The position numbers and the translations under genes were made by a program. A stretch of 20,000 bases of DNA from an uncultured virus (IMG/VR IMGVR_UViG_2541047342_000013) (taxonomy: Duplodnaviria > Heunggongvirae > Uroviricota > Caudoviricetes), in IMG/VR virus record IMGVR_UViG_2541047342_000013. One strand, written 5' to 3'. Under the pieces are notes generated by a model that did no database searches, was not told the origin of the DNA, and saw only the letters and a list, made by a program, of their open reading frames with translations. This document shows positions 17,223 through 20,000 of this stretch, piece after piece; position 1 is the first letter of the stretch, and every line of letters starts with the position of its first letter.

Positions 17223-17840
17223 TTGAATATATTAGATAAATCAACAGCTACATTAGAACAAGTCTTTTCGTATTTAGACACATTAAAAAATAACTCTAAT
17301 CCACCACATTTTTTATGCAGAGCTATAGTACCAATTATATATAAAGAAGCAGAGAAAAAAGGTGTAAATCCAGTTATTGCAATTGCTCAAGCATTTGTAG
17401 AAACTGGATATTTTAATTTTGGTAGAGTTTTAAATCCTTCTTATTGCAATGTGTGTGGTCTTAAAGGAAACAAAGGCGGAGGAGATTTAGACCCAACAGC
17501 TCATACAAGATTTAATTGTTGGGAGGATGGAGTATCAGCATTTATAGACCATCTAGCTTTATATGCTGGGGCTAAAGGTTATCCAAAATATAGCGAATTA
17601 GTTGGTAAAACTGAATATAAAGTAAATGGAACTACATTAGACCCTAGACATTTTTCGTATCTACATGGAGAGGCTAAAACAGTTGAAAGTTTATCAGGTA
17701 AATGGTGTCCAGATATTAGTTATGGTCAAAACATAATAAATATATGCAATAAGATAAGTTCAATGAAGGTAGAAAATAATGATATAAAATTAGAGCAAAT
17801 AAAAACTAAAGTAAAAGAATTAAATGAGATTCTTGGATAG
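17223..17840 (+). CDS. Glucosaminidase-domain (GH73-like) peptidoglycan hydrolase
   Basis: 'KGVNPVIAIAQAFVETG', 'N.CGLK', 'F.CWEDGV.AF..HL..YA', 'L.GKW.PD..YG'. Confidence 0.85.
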   Translation: MNILDKSTATLEQVFSYLDTLKNNSNPPHFLCRAIVPIIYKEAEKKGVNPVIAIAQAFVETGYFNFGRVLNPSYCNVCGLKGNKGGGDLDPTAHTRFNCWEDGVSAFIDHLALYAGAKGYPKYSELVGKTEYKVNGTTLDPRHFSYLHGEAKTVESLSGKWCPDISYGQNIINICNKISSMKVENNDIKLEQIKTKVKELNEILG

Positions 17841-17851
17841 GAGGAAATCAT

Positions 17852-18103
17852 ATGGATATAATGCAATTTATACCTGAAAATTTAATAATGTTAATAGGTG
17901 GGCTTTACATATTAGGAACATTTATAAAAGAATCTAATATTAAAAATAAATACATACCTTTTATATTGTTAGTTATAGCAATGATAAGCAGTTGTTTGTT
18001 TATGAAAGAGCTGTCAATAGAAGCTGTCTTTGAAGGTATTTTATGTTGGGGTACATCCATAGGAATAAATCAAATACAAGTACAAAACAGAAAGGATAAG
18101 TAG
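17852..18103 (+). CDS. Phage holin (holin_5_2-like)
   Basis: 83 aa with multiple hydrophobic helices; 'LYILG.FIK...IKNKYIPFIL...GIL...IGINQI' pattern; basic C-terminus. Confidence 0.82.
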   Translation: MDIMQFIPENLIMLIGGLYILGTFIKESNIKNKYIPFILLVIAMISSCLFMKELSIEAVFEGILCWGTSIGINQIQVQNRKDK

Positions 18104-18415
18104 ATGTTATCAAAGGAAATAATTGAGCTATTAAGCCAGTATGGATTTACAGCTATATTATTAACTTTATTGATGATATGGCTTGGAAAATATTTAGAAA
18201 AGAATAGACAACTAGAACAAGATGATAGAAAAAAGGAAAGAGCTTATTTTTCAAGAGAAATTAAAGAGCAGAGAACTTTATTTGGTAATACAATAGATAA
18301 GTTTGATGATAAATTAGATAAATTTGCTGAAGCATTAAATACTAACAACAGCAGACTTGAAAGAGTTGAAACAGACATAACAAAGATTAAAGATAAATTA
18401 GAGACTAGAGATTAA
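18104..18415 (+). CDS. BhlA/UviB-like holin-like protein
   Basis: Single N-terminal TM segment ('LSQYGFTAILLTLLMIWL') followed by a coiled coil ending 'RLERVETDITKIKDKL'. Confidence 0.65.
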   Translation: MLSKEIIELLSQYGFTAILLTLLMIWLGKYLEKNRQLEQDDRKKERAYFSREIKEQRTLFGNTIDKFDDKLDKFAEALNTNNSRLERVETDITKIKDKLETRD

Positions 18416-18432
18416 TTTCTCTAGTCTTTTTT
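18402..18432 (+). terminator. Intrinsic terminator with TTAATT loop after the lysis module
   Basis: AGACTAGAGA-TTAATT-TCTCTAGTCT-TTTTT. Confidence 0.8.
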
Positions 18433-18449
18433 ATAAGGAAGTGAAGTAT

Positions 18450-19385
18450 TTGGCAAAACAACGTAGTAAAAGAATAAGTATAAATGGAGAACCAAATCCA
18501 GAGAATATTAAATTATGGAAGCAATACAAAAGAGCAAAACAAATAGCTGGGAAAAGTGAAAAAACAATATATAATTATGAATGTGATATAATGCAATTTT
18601 TTAAGTTTTTAAATATAGAATGTTTTGATGCACTATTAACAGATATAAATGAAGAAGAAATAGAAGCTTATATAGGTTATTGTATGGAACAGGGGAATAA
18701 TGAAAAAAGAATTAGACGTAGAATAAGTTCAATTTCATCCTTACTATCATTTTTAAAGAAGAAGAGGAAAATCACTGACAATTGGTGCGAAATGATAGAA
18801 AGACCAGGAACAGGCGAAGAAGTTCAGAAAAGAACCTTTTTAACTGAAGAACAGTTAAGCAAATTAAAAGAAAAGCTTTCAGAGCAAGACAACTTACAGT
18901 TAGAAGTTTATATAAATTTAGGATTGGCTACAATGGCTAGAAGTAATGAGATAAGTCAATTTAGATGGGACAATATAGATTTAGATAATAGATGGATTCA
19001 TGGTATTACAGCTAAAGGTGGAGTTTCAAGAGATTTTAGATTTTCAGAAGAAGTCCAGCATCTATTAATAGAATGGAAGGATTATTTATCTCAAAATAAT
19101 ATAGATTATCCATATATATTCTTTACAAGATATGGAGGCAAATACAATCAAGTCAATTCAAATGTCTTAAGTTCATGGGTTAAAAAAGCTTTCAGGTTAA
19201 TTGGTATAGAAGGTGGATATAATCATGACCTTAGACATAGTATGTCTAATCTTTTAAAAGACAGAGGAGTTCCAATAACTACAGTTTCAAAATTGCTTGG
19301 CCACAGTGGGGTTGATGTAACTATAAATCACTACACAATAGAAAATAAAAATAAATTAGCTGAGGAATATGATAAGTTTATGTAA
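18450..19385 (+). CDS. Tyrosine recombinase (XerC/D-like)
   Basis: Catalytic set R (MARSNE), K (AKGG), HxxR (HDLRH), H (LGH), Y (NHY); SAM-like core-binding N-domain. TTG 18450 fits RBS AAGGAAGTG; GTG 18441 is the alternative start. Confidence 0.93.
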   Translation: MAKQRSKRISINGEPNPENIKLWKQYKRAKQIAGKSEKTIYNYECDIMQFFKFLNIECFDALLTDINEEEIEAYIGYCMEQGNNEKRIRRRISSISSLLSFLKKKRKITDNWCEMIERPGTGEEVQKRTFLTEEQLSKLKEKLSEQDNLQLEVYINLGLATMARSNEISQFRWDNIDLDNRWIHGITAKGGVSRDFRFSEEVQHLLIEWKDYLSQNNIDYPYIFFTRYGGKYNQVNSNVLSSWVKKAFRLIGIEGGYNHDLRHSMSNLLKDRGVPITTVSKLLGHSGVDVTINHYTIENKNKLAEEYDKFM

Positions 19386-19404
19386 ATTGAAAGGAAGTGA
19401 TATA

Positions 19405-19446
19405 ATGGCATGTAAAGGTCGTAAAAAAGGTAAGAAAAAGAGATAG
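19405..19446 (+). CDS. Putative 13-aa basic micropeptide MACKGRKKGKKKR
   Basis: RBS GAAAGGAAGTG properly spaced before ATG; sits between the recombinase stop and the terminator. Confidence 0.55.
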   Translation: MACKGRKKGKKKR

Positions 19447-19451
19447 ATAAT

Positions 19452-19506
19452 AAGCCCTCTAGGGATTACTCTTAATTGAGTTTTCTTTAGAGGGCTTTAT
19501 TTTTTT
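19452..19506 (+). terminator. Long intrinsic terminator with TTAATT loop
   Basis: AAGCCCTCTAGGGATTACTC-TTAATT-GAGTTTTCTTTAGAGGGCTT-TATTTTTTT. Confidence 0.85.
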
Positions 19507-20000
19507 ATCTATGTTTATATAAATTTATAATTATGTATAATACTAAACCACCTAGAATACTTTTCAAAAAAAAAAATGATTTTATTTGAAATTTTTTAAA
19601 TAAAACATCAGAAACATAAAATACGACACATGCTATAAAAAAATATAAAAATTCATTATTAATTCTTGCCAATCTAATATGTATGATAGTAAATAATATT
19701 ATAATAATTAAAAACGTATCTATAAAATTTTTGCGTTTTCATTTAATATATTAAACTTATTTTAATTAGGTATCTATTTCAAGTCTATTCTGATAGTATA
19801 GAATATGTAAGAAATTATTCATTAATAATTCTTAATCATTAATAAGCTAATCTTAATTATTTATGAATATTTCTTAATTATATATATGAATGCATAACCA
19901 TATTAAAAGTATTAAAAAACAATCTAAAAATCGATTTAAATAAAAATTTATCGAAAAAACCTTAATGTTGTAATATTTATGATTAAATAAATAAAAAAAT

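Larger units (their letters stand above)
1..20000 (+). mobile_element. Temperate phage/prophage late region (TA island, tail tip, lysis, recombinase), C. difficile siphophage-like
   Basis: Co-oriented tail, baseplate, RBP, endolysin, holin and tyrosine recombinase genes; CD27L-like endolysin C-terminus, CD1375-like protein and C. difficile-style type I TA modules; low GC. Prophage ends are not visible in the window. Confidence 0.92.

Noticed and set aside
13837..19385. Recombinase-driven tail-fibre shufflon
   Set aside because: No inverted alternative fibre C-termini or repeated inverted crossover sites were found; all fibre sequences are on the + strand.
19931..19954. TCGA...TCGA imperfect palindrome as a dif-like recombinase site
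   Set aside because: The arms are short and gapped, in very AT-rich sequence, with no clear 11-6/8-11 architecture; it cannot be supported by eye.

Overview
AT-rich segment of a temperate Clostridium/Clostridioides difficile-type siphophage (large phiCD211-like prophage by inference). Positions 1-3.0 kb are a toxin-antitoxin island: an MqsR-like toxin (partial) with a zinc-finger-HTH-Panacea antitoxin, two tandem intact type I TA modules whose toxins are missing from the ORF track, a stand-alone antitoxin-like 51-aa protein, and an apparently intact antitoxin sRNA facing a decayed third type I toxin. Positions 3.0-16.3 kb are the tail tip: Tal-like protein, a fibre with a peptidase S74 chaperone, a BppU-type baseplate protein, a 1495-aa RCC1/BLIP-II-repeat receptor-binding protein with a CD1375-like partner, and a second, frameshifted fibre cassette. 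Positions 16.4-18.4 kb are a lysis module with two hydrolases and two holin-like genes. A tyrosine recombinase, a 13-aa basic micropeptide ORF and an AT-rich non-coding end follow. The most unusual signal is a family of six hairpins at module boundaries that have unrelated stems but share a UAAU-centred loop, four of them with the identical loop UUAAUU. All family assignments come from motif recognition by eye, not from database searches.
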